From Verrucomicrobiia bacterium (GTDB lineage: Bacteria; Verrucomicrobiota; Verrucomicrobiia; Verrucomicrobiales; DEV007), in NCBI GenBank assembly GCA_020439995.1, contig JAGROY010000218.1:2225-66224 (forward strand): 64,000 bases of DNA. The letters are read 5' to 3'. This document shows positions 18,645-27,851 of the stretch, piece after piece. A program made the position numbers and the translations under genes. Within the stretch, counting starts at the first letter, position 1. Each line of letters starts with the position of its first letter. The notes below the pieces were generated by a model. The model saw only the letters and a program-made list of their open reading frames with translations. It was not told the origin of the DNA and did no database searches.

Positions 18645-20933
18645 TCATTTCTGCGGATATCCCGTCACCAGAAACAGCGATGGCAGTGTAGTCAACGCAG
18701 CGAACTGACTCATCAGCATCGCAATGCCAGTAAAGACACCGAACCACACCGACGGAAAGAAATCGGAAAGAACGAGCACACAGAACCCGGCGACAATTAC
18801 CGACGTCGAAATCCAGATTGCCCGGCCGATGGTGCGATGGGACCGCCGCAGAGCCTCTTCGCGGTCACCGTCAGCAGCTGCGAGTTCAATACGGTAACGC
18901 ATGGTATACTGGATCGCAGCATCGACGCCTACCCCCATTGCGATGGAGGCAACCATCACGGTGACAAGATCGAGCGGAATTCCGGCCCAGCCCATGATGC
19001 CAAGAATCGCGACCGCCGGAAGGACTTGCGGCAGCATCACGATGAATGGCAACACTGGCGATCGAAACAATACAAACAACATCACCAGGATCGTCCCTAA
19101 CACGAGCAAAAAGGAATCCCGCTGACTGTCCACCAGTGTGCGCAGCACTTGAGCATAGAGAACAAAGGCACCCGTCACTTCGACCTTCAGCCCGTCGAGT
19201 TCAGTCTTGCCAGCAAGGTGAGCATCCAGCTGCTCCAGCAACTCGAGGCGTTTCAACGTCGGGTCAGTTTCTTTCATCCTTGCGGTGATGCGCACGGTCT
19301 TGCCATCCTTGGTCAAGTACTGCTGTAAGAACTCAGGGGAAGCGGTGCGAATGAGAGCAATGATCTGCTTCACCGGCATTTCAGGAAATGCTTTGCGGGC
19401 TTCGTCGCACACAGAGCGCAGGGAGGATAAATTTCCCGTCCCCGACAGCGGACGGAAGAATTCCTCGACAGCTTCCAGTGCAGCTTGCCCTTTGTCTTCC
19501 GTCCAGAAGCTGGCGTCGTCCGCTGTCATGACCACTTCCAGTGGCATCAGTCCTCCCAGGCGCTGATCAATGTATTCCAGCCCCTGATACGCTTCGCTGC
19601 TCTTCCAGAAGTAATGGGTAAACTTCTGCTCCACGGTGATGCGCAGCGCTCCTAACAAACACACCACAAAGACCACTCCACTCAAAACCAGCACTCCGAC
19701 ACGATGCCTGATGCAGACATTCTCGAACAACCGCACGAGCCCACGCATCCAGGCGGCGTCGCTCGATTTCGCAGGAGTCGCGATGCGATCACCAAACAGG
19801 CGCAGAAAGGACGGCAGAAAAAGCAAAACGATCAGCAGTCCGGCTGCCATTCCAATCGCCATCATCATTCCGAAAGTTTCCACTGGCGGGATGGGACTCT
19901 GCCCCAGCGCGAAGAATCCTGCGATAGTAGTCAGGCAGGAAAACAGACACGGAACAAAAACAGAGCGCACGGAAGATGCGAGACTGTCAGGCACCGTTTC
20001 TCCATTCAATTCAGCGGTGCGGCGTTCGCGGAAGCGCTCGATCACGTAGATGGAGTACGGCAGCATCAGCACGAACAATAGCAGCGGCAGGTTCGAGGTA
20101 ATGATCGTCAGCGTCATTCCTTTGACAATCATGACTCCCACCACGCAGATCACCGGCACCGCACACGAAACCAGCGCGGCCAGCACGTAGGCAAAACTGC
20201 GGTAAACAAGCAGCAGAGCCAGGAAGAACAGCACCGCCGAAGCGATCGTGAACACCCGTAGGTCATGGCGGACGTGTTCGATCAGGTTGGTGAGAATGAC
20301 AGGGAAACCGGAAATGCGTGGGGGCACAGAAAGTTTCGATGCCCACTCCGCCCTTACGGTTCGTAAGTCAGCGACCATCTGCTCGCGGCGCTGGGTCAAC
20401 TCAGCGTCTCCCACCACCGCCGTCTTGTCGGCATTCTTGTCATTGAGGAAGACGAGGAAGCTGAGGTTACGACCATCGCTCGATATGAAGTTGTCCTTTG
20501 CCATCTCATGGTCGAGCACCTCAGCCTTCGCCCTCTCGATGTCGATACCTTCAGAAAACGGCGTCTGCAGCCCCCCCATCAGGCCAATAACACTGGGTTT
20601 GTCTTTCTGCCGCAGCAGCGGGATCTCACCCATCGATGCCACCAGCCGACAGTGGCGGACTTTGTTGGTGAGATCACTTTCGATCTCCTGGGCCAGTTTC
20701 AGTCCCTCAGCGGTGAACCATTCATCCGCAGTGGCACAGAAGATCGCGTATTCATCCGCACCCCAGACTTCCTGATTCTGCATGAACTTCTCCAGGCTAG
20801 GGTCGACGTTGTCGAAAAGCACTTCTACATCGGCGTCCACCTTCAAGTCCCCCGTGCGCGTCAGGAAGAATCCCGATGCAACGGCAAACACGGCCAGGAT
20901 GATCCACCAGTATTTAGAGAGAAGAACACGCAT
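18645..20933 (-). CDS. RND-superfamily exporter, MMPL/HpnN-like (two 6-TM bundles)
   Basis: About 760 aa. Two hydrophobic blocks each follow a large soluble loop. SSD-like segments: LVSCAVPVICVVGVMIVKGMTLTIITSNLPLLLFVLMLPYSIYVIERF, and ...GIPLDLVTVMVASIAMGVGVDAAIQY. Start at ATG 20933; the track ORF reaches 20999. Confidence 0.8.
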   Translation of the reverse strand: MRVLLSKYWWIILAVFAVASGFFLTRTGDLKVDADVEVLFDNVDPSLEKFMQNQEVWGADEYAIFCATADEWFTAEGLKLAQEIESDLTNKVRHCRLVASMGEIPLLRQKDKPSVIGLMGGLQTPFSEGIDIERAKAEVLDHEMAKDNFISSDGRNLSFLVFLNDKNADKTAVVGDAELTQRREQMVADLRTVRAEWASKLSVPPRISGFPVILTNLIEHVRHDLRVFTIASAVLFFLALLLVYRSFAYVLAALVSCAVPVICVVGVMIVKGMTLTIITSNLPLLLFVLMLPYSIYVIERFRERRTAELNGETVPDSLASSVRSVFVPCLFSCLTTIAGFFALGQSPIPPVETFGMMMAIGMAAGLLIVLLFLPSFLRLFGDRIATPAKSSDAAWMRGLVRLFENVCIRHRVGVLVLSGVVFVVCLLGALRITVEQKFTHYFWKSSEAYQGLEYIDQRLGGLMPLEVVMTADDASFWTEDKGQAALEAVEEFFRPLSGTGNLSSLRSVCDEARKAFPEMPVKQIIALIRTASPEFLQQYLTKDGKTVRITARMKETDPTLKRLELLEQLDAHLAGKTELDGLKVEVTGAFVLYAQVLRTLVDSQRDSFLLVLGTILVMLFVLFRSPVLPFIVMLPQVLPAVAILGIMGWAGIPLDLVTVMVASIAMGVGVDAAIQYTMRYRIELAAADGDREEALRRSHRTIGRAIWISTSVIVAGFCVLVLSDFFPSVWFGVFTGIAMLMSQFAALTTLPSLFLVTGYPQK

Positions 20934-21057
20934 TGATTGGGAAAGATGGCGCAGAGTGAGCGAGAATGTCGATAGAATTGTGGAGATGCCAAATATCAAT
21001 GAAAACCCTCGTATCTTTGAGCTGGATTCAAGTGATTATGGTGATAAGATTCCCATC

Positions 21058-21438
21058 ATGAAGAGATCCCTATTTGCGCTGGTGGGCTGCCTGGCCCTCT
21101 CTCCCACTCTGCACGCTCAAGACCCGGTAGCACCAGACACCATTGCTCCAGAAGTGACGCTGTCGACCCCAGAGACCGGAGCAACCGTGACGAGCCGCAA
21201 GGTGACCGTTTCTGGTACAGTGACGGATGAGGTTGGCGTGAAAGAAGTCCTCTACCGAATCGAAGGCTCAAGCCGGTGGCGGAAAGCGATCCTAACGGAA
21301 GCTGACGCGACCAGTACCGATTTCGTTGTTCTCGCGAAGTTCAGAAAGCGCAACCGTGGCCGCATTTACATCCGTGCAATCGACGCCGCAGGCAATGAAT
21401 CCGACACCATCGGTCGGAAATACATCATCAGCCAATAG
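21058..21438 (+). CDS. Secreted bacterial Ig-like domain protein
   Basis: ATG at 21058. Signal peptide MKRSLFALVGCLALSPTLHAQ. One Ig-like module (DTIAPEVTLSTPETGATVTSRKVTVSGTVTDEVGVKEVLYRIEG...IRAIDAAGNES). The track ORF starts at 20782 inside the divergent promoter region. Confidence 0.65.
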   Translation: MKRSLFALVGCLALSPTLHAQDPVAPDTIAPEVTLSTPETGATVTSRKVTVSGTVTDEVGVKEVLYRIEGSSRWRKAILTEADATSTDFVVLAKFRKRNRGRIYIRAIDAAGNESDTIGRKYIISQ

Positions 21439-21471
21439 CGGCAGCGGAATGATGACAGCACCGCTCGGAGC

Positions 21472-22758
21472 ATGAAACCGTTCCGGATCGGAATTACTAT
21501 CGTTGGTGTCCTCGGGCTGATCGCCCTTGGGTATTTTGTCCTGAGGCGGGATACCACGCAGGTAAACGTACCAGTGCTGGCGTCCGGGAGCCCTACCGGT
21601 ATCGATACCACGTCTGAGGTTCCTGTCGGCAACGCCAATAAAAATGGCAACGATAACCGCATCCCGCGTGCGGCACTCACTGCGGATGCTTTTGAACAAC
21701 TCCTCGCCACACGGCCGGAACTCGCCGCCGCAGAGGTAGCGAATCTCCCGGAGGCCACCGAGCTGCGCGACGACCGGCTCGCTCAATTGATGGAAGTCTG
21801 GGTCGAGCAAAATCCGAACGACGCAGCTGACTGGGCATCGACACTACCGAACGGGATCTTTCGCGACGAGGCCCTGCAGGAACTCGGCGCGGCCTGGGCC
21901 ATCAGCGATGCAGCTGCTGCTGCGCAATGGGCAAAGCAATCGCTCGCAGCTGGTCAGTTGCTTCCAGCCTCCGCGCTGTTGTCCGCCTGGGGTCGTAATG
22001 ACCCTGACAATGCAGCAAAATGGCTGAGTGACTTGAGCGACAGCGAGGAAACCGAGATTGATGCCGACACGCTTTCACGACTGACGGGTGCACTCACCTA
22101 CGCCTGGGCCAGCACCGAACCCGAGGCTGCGGCAAAGTGGGTGGCCGCTCAGGAAGACCCGGGCGTTCGCAGCCGAGCGATCGTCAACCTTGCGGCCGGA
22201 TGGGCAGAACACGATCCCGGCGCACTCGCCACCTGGCTGCAAACAAATGTTCCACCCGATGCCAGCGAAGCCCAGGCAGCCTACGTCGCCCTCGCCAGTC
22301 AATGGGCGGATTCGCAACCAGAAGTCGCCGGACAATGGGCCGCCGCACTGCCGAGCGGAGAACTCAGGGACACCACGCTGGCAACGTTCACTTCCAGCCT
22401 CGCGACCAGCTCACCAGCCGCAGCATTGCAATGGTCGCAGCAGATCGAAGACACCGCGCGCCGCCAGGAAGCCGCTCTCGACATCTACGAAACCTGGCTC
22501 GACGACGATCTCCCGACAGCACGCGATGCCCTCATCGCCACCATCCCCACGCTCGAAGAACGCGCCTACCAGCATGACCTCTACAACCTCCTCCACGAGA
22601 AAGATCCGATCTTCCGCGACGAACTCTACAATCTTATCCTGCCGGAAGCTGCCACAGCCCCCGAGCAAAATACCCCCGCCACCCCACCCGAACCGGAAGT
22701 AAGGCGAGCCCTGCCCGCAACAGAAGAGCCGGTGGATGTCAAAGCGATGGCTGAGTAG
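21472..22758 (+). CDS. Membrane-anchored alpha-helical repeat protein (paralog family member 3)
   Basis: 428 aa. TM anchor IGITIVGVLGLIALGYFVL. At least 7 tandem ~35-aa repeats of the form W(A/S)xxDPxxAAxWxxxLPxxxxRxxAL, e.g. NDAADWASTLPNGIFRDEALQELGAAWAISDAAAAAQWAKQ, EPEAAAKWVAAQEDPGVRSRAIVNLAAGWAEHDPGALATWLQ, QPEVAGQWAAALPSGELRDTTLATF. Confidence 0.75.
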   Translation: MKPFRIGITIVGVLGLIALGYFVLRRDTTQVNVPVLASGSPTGIDTTSEVPVGNANKNGNDNRIPRAALTADAFEQLLATRPELAAAEVANLPEATELRDDRLAQLMEVWVEQNPNDAADWASTLPNGIFRDEALQELGAAWAISDAAAAAQWAKQSLAAGQLLPASALLSAWGRNDPDNAAKWLSDLSDSEETEIDADTLSRLTGALTYAWASTEPEAAAKWVAAQEDPGVRSRAIVNLAAGWAEHDPGALATWLQTNVPPDASEAQAAYVALASQWADSQPEVAGQWAAALPSGELRDTTLATFTSSLATSSPAAALQWSQQIEDTARRQEAALDIYETWLDDDLPTARDALIATIPTLEERAYQHDLYNLLHEKDPIFRDELYNLILPEAATAPEQNTPATPPEPEVRRALPATEEPVDVKAMAE

Positions 22759-22772
22759 AATCCACAGGTCGA

Positions 22773-23132
22773 ATGTCAGCCAACACGTTCTCTACCATCT
22801 TAGGTTGGCTGGTGCTCCTCACGCCATTGATCCTGATTCCGGTAGCTCTTGTATCGCCAAAGAAAAGTGGAATCGTGGTGATGAACTTGTTTGGAGGAGT
22901 CATCGCCAGTTCTGTTCTCTGTTACACGTTTATGATTTGGGAGGACTCGCTTTATAGCTCCGATACCCACGATGCCTACCGGTTCGTCCTGGTGTTTGGT
23001 GGATGGATCTTCGTTTTGATCTGGAACATAGCGCTGGGCCTGCCGATTGGCATAATAACATTTCATTTGCGAACCAGCCCCGATCGCCGAGCGCTCGATA
23101 AACAGGCCCTTGATTGCGACCGCCAATCGTAA
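22773..23132 (+). CDS. Small integral membrane protein (3-4 TM), hypothetical
   Basis: 119 aa, very hydrophobic (LGWLVLLTPLILIPVALV, VMNLFGGVIASSVLCYTFMIW, FVLVFGGWIFVLIWNIALGLPIGIITF). Starts 12 nt after the previous stop. Confidence 0.6.
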   Translation: MSANTFSTILGWLVLLTPLILIPVALVSPKKSGIVVMNLFGGVIASSVLCYTFMIWEDSLYSSDTHDAYRFVLVFGGWIFVLIWNIALGLPIGIITFHLRTSPDRRALDKQALDCDRQS

Positions 23133-23316
23133 CGGAAGGCATTCCTTGTCGCGAGGCAACTCGGACTGGGTTACCCCGAGCAGCTAGAACTCCGCTGACG
23201 GAATACCAGTCCGTCCAACGTTCTCTTGCTCTCCGCACCAAGCGAAGGGCAGGCGGCCCTTCAACTGACGCCTCGTGCCCTATCGCTGCGGCAAAAGTTC
23301 GATGCATAAACTGGAT

Positions 23317-23353
23317 CAGAAAATAACAAGGCCGGGAGCTCTCACTCCCAGCC
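23317..23353 (-). terminator. Intrinsic terminator downstream of the 1466-aa exoprotein gene
   Basis: Hairpin GGCTGGGAG-tgagag-CTCCCGGCC (8/9 bp) on the minus strand, followed by TTGTTATTTTCTG. It lies ~80 nt after the stop at 23436. Confidence 0.5.
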
Positions 23354-23435
23354 TTGTGTGACAGGTTATCAATTCATAACGCAGCCTTTCTGATCGCGAC
23401 ACGAAACCCCACGTGCCGGTCTGACGGCGAGTTTG

Positions 23436-26400
23436 CTACTCCTTCCGAACGCGGTAGTAGCGATCGAAGATGTCTGGTGTCAACGTCTCATCTTCGAAGG
23501 TAGAGATGTCGCCATCAGCCTCGAAGCCATCTGTGCCCTCCGTCCAGTCAATCAAGTCTGAACTGTAATCAATCGAATAGGAGGCTCCGGATTTTGACTG
23601 CCATTTCACAGTGGCAGTGTTTGCGGTCACCCTCTCCACCTCAGTGATCTGGAACGGAACACCGCCTCCTGCGTCCAAGCCATTTTCCTTGACGTCGTTG
23701 ATTTGCTCTTCGGTCAGAGCGATGGAATAGACGCCGAAGTCGTCCAACTTTGCCTGCACGATGCTGGCATTGTTCTGCGCGCTGCCGATCCAGAGTGCAG
23801 TGAAGTCATCCGGCAGTGGACTGGTATTCACGGTCTCGTATGCGAGTGCTCCATCAATGTAGACCCTCTTGTTTTCCCCATCCTTGACGAAGGCGAAGTG
23901 GTGCCATTCGCCATCGAGAAAGTCAATGCTTGCAGCGAAAGTGCCACGCTGAGTTCCCCCGTCACAGCAACCAGCTGTGTCGAAGTAGATATTGCCGGCA
24001 GCATCCCATGGAACGTGTGCCTGCGCACCGCGTTCGCCATTATTTGATGACGGCGAAAGCGCCCAGAACGTGCTGGAGCTAACGGTGTCCGCGTTAAATT
24101 GCCAGAACACGAACGTCATCTGATTGGTAGCACCGGCCAGATTCAGGAATGAGGCGTCATCGACATGGAGAGTTCCAGTAGCGCCCTCAAAATCGATCAC
24201 CGAACCGCGCACTGGGTCATTCACATACGCCGCACCATCGTTGACTGCTTCGATGCCACTGACAATATCCACTGCCACGGAATCGTCTGCGGAATCCTCG
24301 AAATCCCAGGCAGCGAGCAATCCGCCCTCTGGCTTGGAGTTGGGATCGGTTGGGTCTGAGCCTGCGGCGACTTCCTGGCCATCATTGATAGCGTCACTGT
24401 CCGTATCTTTCTTGTTCGGATCAGTGCCGGTGTCCGTGGCGCTGACGAAAGTGCCAGTGCCTGATTCCACACCATCACTCAGGCCGTCTCCATCGGTATC
24501 TGCAGAGCGAGGGTCGGTCCCGGTGTCCGTGGCGCTCACGTAAGTTCCGGTGTCCGTTTCGACTCCGTCTTCCAGACCGTCTCCGTCAGTATCCTTATTG
24601 TTTGCCGCAGTTCCTCGATCGTATTCCTGCTTATTGCTTAGCCCGTCTCCGTCCAGGTCCAGCGCCGCATCATCGACGGTCGGATCCAGACCGTTCGTCT
24701 CTTCATAGGCGTTGGTCATGCCGTCTCCATCGGTATCCGAAGGATCTACGAACGCTCCCACAAGCTGCCATTCTTCTTCAACCAATGTCGTGGGTGCAGT
24801 CCCAAGCCCTTTGTAAACATAGACACTGACACCCCCGCCGCCAGCACGCTCGAAGAAGATAAATTCCAAATCGTGGAATCCGGCAGTGAGTTCAACCTCC
24901 ATGAAAGTATTCGCGCGCCCCCTGACACCTACAGATCCTATCGAATTACCGTCGATGAAGAGTTCGAATCCGTCGTCACTGTTGCAAACGAATGTCACGA
25001 GGCCACTTTGCTTTACCAGTATCGGCCCCTTTGCGCGGATCGCAAAATCGTCGTGATCGGCACGTCCCTCGCCACCATTGGCTTCGTCGAAAATCGGGAA
25101 CGGCTTGGAGAGTGCTTGATAGATCGGCGCTGCAGCATTATCGTCGAAGTGGATGAATTCGCTCACAATGGTAAGCGATTCCACACCGGCAGGATCGTCG
25201 AGTAGTGCCACGGCTTCAGCGACGGAATTAATCTGTGGTGCCCCCGCCGACCACACTTGTTCAACGTCGAACCCGCCCTTAGTTTGCAGTACCGATCGTG
25301 TGCTGTCTGGATCCGTCGGATCCGCCCCTCCCGCTACTTCGAATCCGTCCGCATCGCCATCGCCATCGGTGTCAAACTTGTTCGGATCGGTGCCAGGGTC
25401 GGCTGCACTTACAAAGATTCCCGTGTTCGTCTCGACATTGTCGGCGAGCCCATCACCGTCTGTGTCAGCAAGTATTGGACTGGTTCCTGTATCTGCCGCG
25501 CTGACGTAAACGCCAGTGCCTGTCTCAACGTTGTCCTGGAGGCTGTCACCATCGGTATCTTTCTTTTGAGGATCACTGCCGGCAACGAACTCGTCAACAT
25601 TCGAGACGGTGTCGCCATCTAGATCGCCCGTGGAGTCGTTGACGACCTTGTCGAGACCGTTCGCGTCTTCGTAGCTATCGGGCATACCGTCGCCATCCTG
25701 GTCGTCGAGCGCTTTTACCGAGACGCTGTCAATTTCCCAGTTAGGAATCCCAGGTCCGCGCGAGCCCTCATCAAACGCTCCGAGAAACCGGATCCGGATG
25801 GTGCCGCCCGCAGCGACGCCTCCAACCTCGGCAATACTGGTAACAAACTCCTCGTCATTGTAGCCCTCAGAGTCGCCGTTAAAACCGTCACCACCCTTCA
25901 GGGCATGGTTTCCAATGAGTCCAGAACCCGTGTAGCCGTTCTGCGTGAACGAGGTATTGGGCACGGTCGAAAATGTACCGCCATTAACGGAAACTTGAAG
26001 TGCCGCACCATCCCACAGATCTCCTTCGATGCTGTAGCGGTGAACAAACGTCACCTCAATCCCGGCAGTTGCTGCAACGGGAATTGCCGGACTTGTCAGC
26101 GTGTAAGTCGAAGGCCCACTGTCATCCCCTTCCAGCGTCCACGATCCTCTGCCGTCATCGTATTCAAACGGAATCGGTGAGTTTCCTGAGGATTCTTCCA
26201 CGAATCCTCCATCGCCCTCGTCGAAGGATTCAGAATATGGCAAGCCTGAAGGCGGAGTAATTGCCGCCTGCCAGAGGCTTTGCGCCTCGGCGTCTGTAAG
26301 CACCCGATTGAGCCAGATTGCCACTTCGTCCTGGCCTCCAGAGTGTGTGGTCGAATCTGCAGGGTCGTCCCGGCGGCCGCCAATTTTTGCCATCCCTGTA

Positions 26401-27836
26401 TCAGTGCCCCAACCGGTAACTTCCGCTACCAGGTTTTCGGTGCGATCCACACCATTCACCCAGATCTTCAAGTTTGAGGCCCGCTCTTCCCCGTCAGCAC
26501 CCTCTGTCGATGCGATCACATGGAACCAACCCGAATCCTCCTGAAGGAAGCTAAGGTCCTGGCCGCTGTTATCTTGCAGATAAAGCGTTCTCTCAGCAAA
26601 CTCACCCGTTTCGCTTGGGTCTACAGCGAGCACGAGCCCACCGTTGCCGATCACTATCTGAAAGCTCTTGGTAGGGTCTTCGAGATTGTTAGTGAACACC
26701 CGGTCACCCCCCTGTGCGCCTTGCCCGGCCTTGATGAACAATGCGACCGTCATCGCGTTCGCCCCATAATTAGTTCCATCTCCCAGAGTAATGTGCCCGG
26801 CGTTGTTGCTCAGGTGTGCGCGATTCGAATCGCCACCTACTCCTGGAACGGCAATGCCTCCAAAAACTTCAAGCGGCCCCGGAATCCCTACCATTGGGCC
26901 GTTTTCATAGTCGCCATTGTATTCGCCCGGCGCCGCAGCATTCCCTGTGCTATCTGCAGCCCCGCTTGCGGTAGTCGTCTCATTCAATTCGTAGTAGAAA
27001 GAGGGGTTCAGCTTTCTCACTGCATCCTGATAGTTCAATGGCGCAGCAGCCTGAGCAACACCACCGAGGGTGACCAAGCCGGTCTCCGATGGGGTCTTGC
27101 CTCCGACGACGGCATGTGCCCCCCAACCGCCCCAGCCACTCTGGCCAGGAGAATCAAGATCACCGTCATTGATTGCGAAGCCGATCCCGAGTGTCACGCC
27201 CTCTTCCAATGCATCTAGACTGACAACTTCGAGCGGCAAGCGGATCTCATAGGTGGTCGTCTTCGCTACTGTGTCACGAACGATAAACACCTCAGTGCCT
27301 TCTGGAGCGGCCTCGTTGTGGACAGTGAAGAAGTCCTCCCCAGCTGGCTCATCTTCTTCGATGCCAAGCAGAGCCACATTGACCAGCGCTACTTGAGAAG
27401 CGCGATCGCCATCGGCGACCATCAGCTGAATCGCGTCGCCGTTCCAGGCGCTGCCACCGCCTCCGGCGGAGTGCTCATGGTAATCATCCGTGACAACGAC
27501 ACCGAGGTAGAAGTTTTCATCGTCATAGAGCATTCGGGTTACAGAAGATTGATCGTCCGGGCCATCCCAGGTGCCACTACCATATTCATCATGGGTAACG
27601 ATTTCCTCCGGCGTCGCATTTTCAAAACCAATCCCTTTCGGAAACATGGCGAAACGCGGGTTATCAATCACATTGGCACCGCCCCATTCGGACAGGTCGC
27701 CGTCCAGCACAATCGGACTTGAAGCCTTTAGGGCCGTGTAGTTCTCCGTAGCTGGGTCCATATCGTTGGCATGAGCAACCACTCCAACCACCCCCCACGC
27801 TAGTAAAGCTGCTATAATTTTCTGTTTAGTTATCAT
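23436..27836 (-). CDS. Giant secreted multidomain protein: CBM9/DOMON-like + LamG + beta-sandwich module + TSP3 Ca-binding repeats + PA14 + TSP3 + LamG + C-terminal YYRV module
   Basis: 1466 aa.
- Signal peptide MITKQKIIAALLAWGVVGVVAHA.
- CBM9-like N-terminal domain (IVLDGDLSEWGGANVIDNPRF...YDDENFYLGVVVTDD).
- Two LamG-like blocks (...LKIWVNGVDRT...DEVAIWLNRVLTDAEAQSLW; ...WHHFAFVKDGENKRVYIDGAL...LDDFGVYSIALTEEQI).
- Two arrays of thrombospondin-type-3 Asp-rich repeats (DTDGDGLADNVETNTG..., ~25300-25700 and ~24340-24760).
- PA14-like block (FVCNSDDGFELFIDGNSIGS...FFERAGGGGVSVYVYKG). Confidence 0.85.
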   Translation of the reverse strand: MITKQKIIAALLAWGVVGVVAHANDMDPATENYTALKASSPIVLDGDLSEWGGANVIDNPRFAMFPKGIGFENATPEEIVTHDEYGSGTWDGPDDQSSVTRMLYDDENFYLGVVVTDDYHEHSAGGGGSAWNGDAIQLMVADGDRASQVALVNVALLGIEEDEPAGEDFFTVHNEAAPEGTEVFIVRDTVAKTTTYEIRLPLEVVSLDALEEGVTLGIGFAINDGDLDSPGQSGWGGWGAHAVVGGKTPSETGLVTLGGVAQAAAPLNYQDAVRKLNPSFYYELNETTTASGAADSTGNAAAPGEYNGDYENGPMVGIPGPLEVFGGIAVPGVGGDSNRAHLSNNAGHITLGDGTNYGANAMTVALFIKAGQGAQGGDRVFTNNLEDPTKSFQIVIGNGGLVLAVDPSETGEFAERTLYLQDNSGQDLSFLQEDSGWFHVIASTEGADGEERASNLKIWVNGVDRTENLVAEVTGWGTDTGMAKIGGRRDDPADSTTHSGGQDEVAIWLNRVLTDAEAQSLWQAAITPPSGLPYSESFDEGDGGFVEESSGNSPIPFEYDDGRGSWTLEGDDSGPSTYTLTSPAIPVAATAGIEVTFVHRYSIEGDLWDGAALQVSVNGGTFSTVPNTSFTQNGYTGSGLIGNHALKGGDGFNGDSEGYNDEEFVTSIAEVGGVAAGGTIRIRFLGAFDEGSRGPGIPNWEIDSVSVKALDDQDGDGMPDSYEDANGLDKVVNDSTGDLDGDTVSNVDEFVAGSDPQKKDTDGDSLQDNVETGTGVYVSAADTGTSPILADTDGDGLADNVETNTGIFVSAADPGTDPNKFDTDGDGDADGFEVAGGADPTDPDSTRSVLQTKGGFDVEQVWSAGAPQINSVAEAVALLDDPAGVESLTIVSEFIHFDDNAAAPIYQALSKPFPIFDEANGGEGRADHDDFAIRAKGPILVKQSGLVTFVCNSDDGFELFIDGNSIGSVGVRGRANTFMEVELTAGFHDLEFIFFERAGGGGVSVYVYKGLGTAPTTLVEEEWQLVGAFVDPSDTDGDGMTNAYEETNGLDPTVDDAALDLDGDGLSNKQEYDRGTAANNKDTDGDGLEDGVETDTGTYVSATDTGTDPRSADTDGDGLSDGVESGTGTFVSATDTGTDPNKKDTDSDAINDGQEVAAGSDPTDPNSKPEGGLLAAWDFEDSADDSVAVDIVSGIEAVNDGAAYVNDPVRGSVIDFEGATGTLHVDDASFLNLAGATNQMTFVFWQFNADTVSSSTFWALSPSSNNGERGAQAHVPWDAAGNIYFDTAGCCDGGTQRGTFAASIDFLDGEWHHFAFVKDGENKRVYIDGALAYETVNTSPLPDDFTALWIGSAQNNASIVQAKLDDFGVYSIALTEEQINDVKENGLDAGGGVPFQITEVERVTANTATVKWQSKSGASYSIDYSSDLIDWTEGTDGFEADGDISTFEDETLTPDIFDRYYRVRKE

Positions 27837-27851
27837 TGTTTTAAAAAAGGT

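Noticed and set aside
22930-23307. A 125-aa minus-strand ORF in the convergent gap after the small membrane protein gene.
   Set aside because: It overlaps the 3' end of CDS 22773..23132 in antisense. Its translation is Arg/Gly/Ala-rich without features, and the region is better explained as a 3' UTR/terminator zone.
24340-25700. Periodic nucleotide repeats that could be mistaken for a CRISPR-like or tandem-repeat array.
   Set aside because: They are in frame and encode the Asp-rich thrombospondin-type-3 repeats (DTDGDGL.D..E) of the 1466-aa protein. There is no spacer/repeat regularity and no cas genes.
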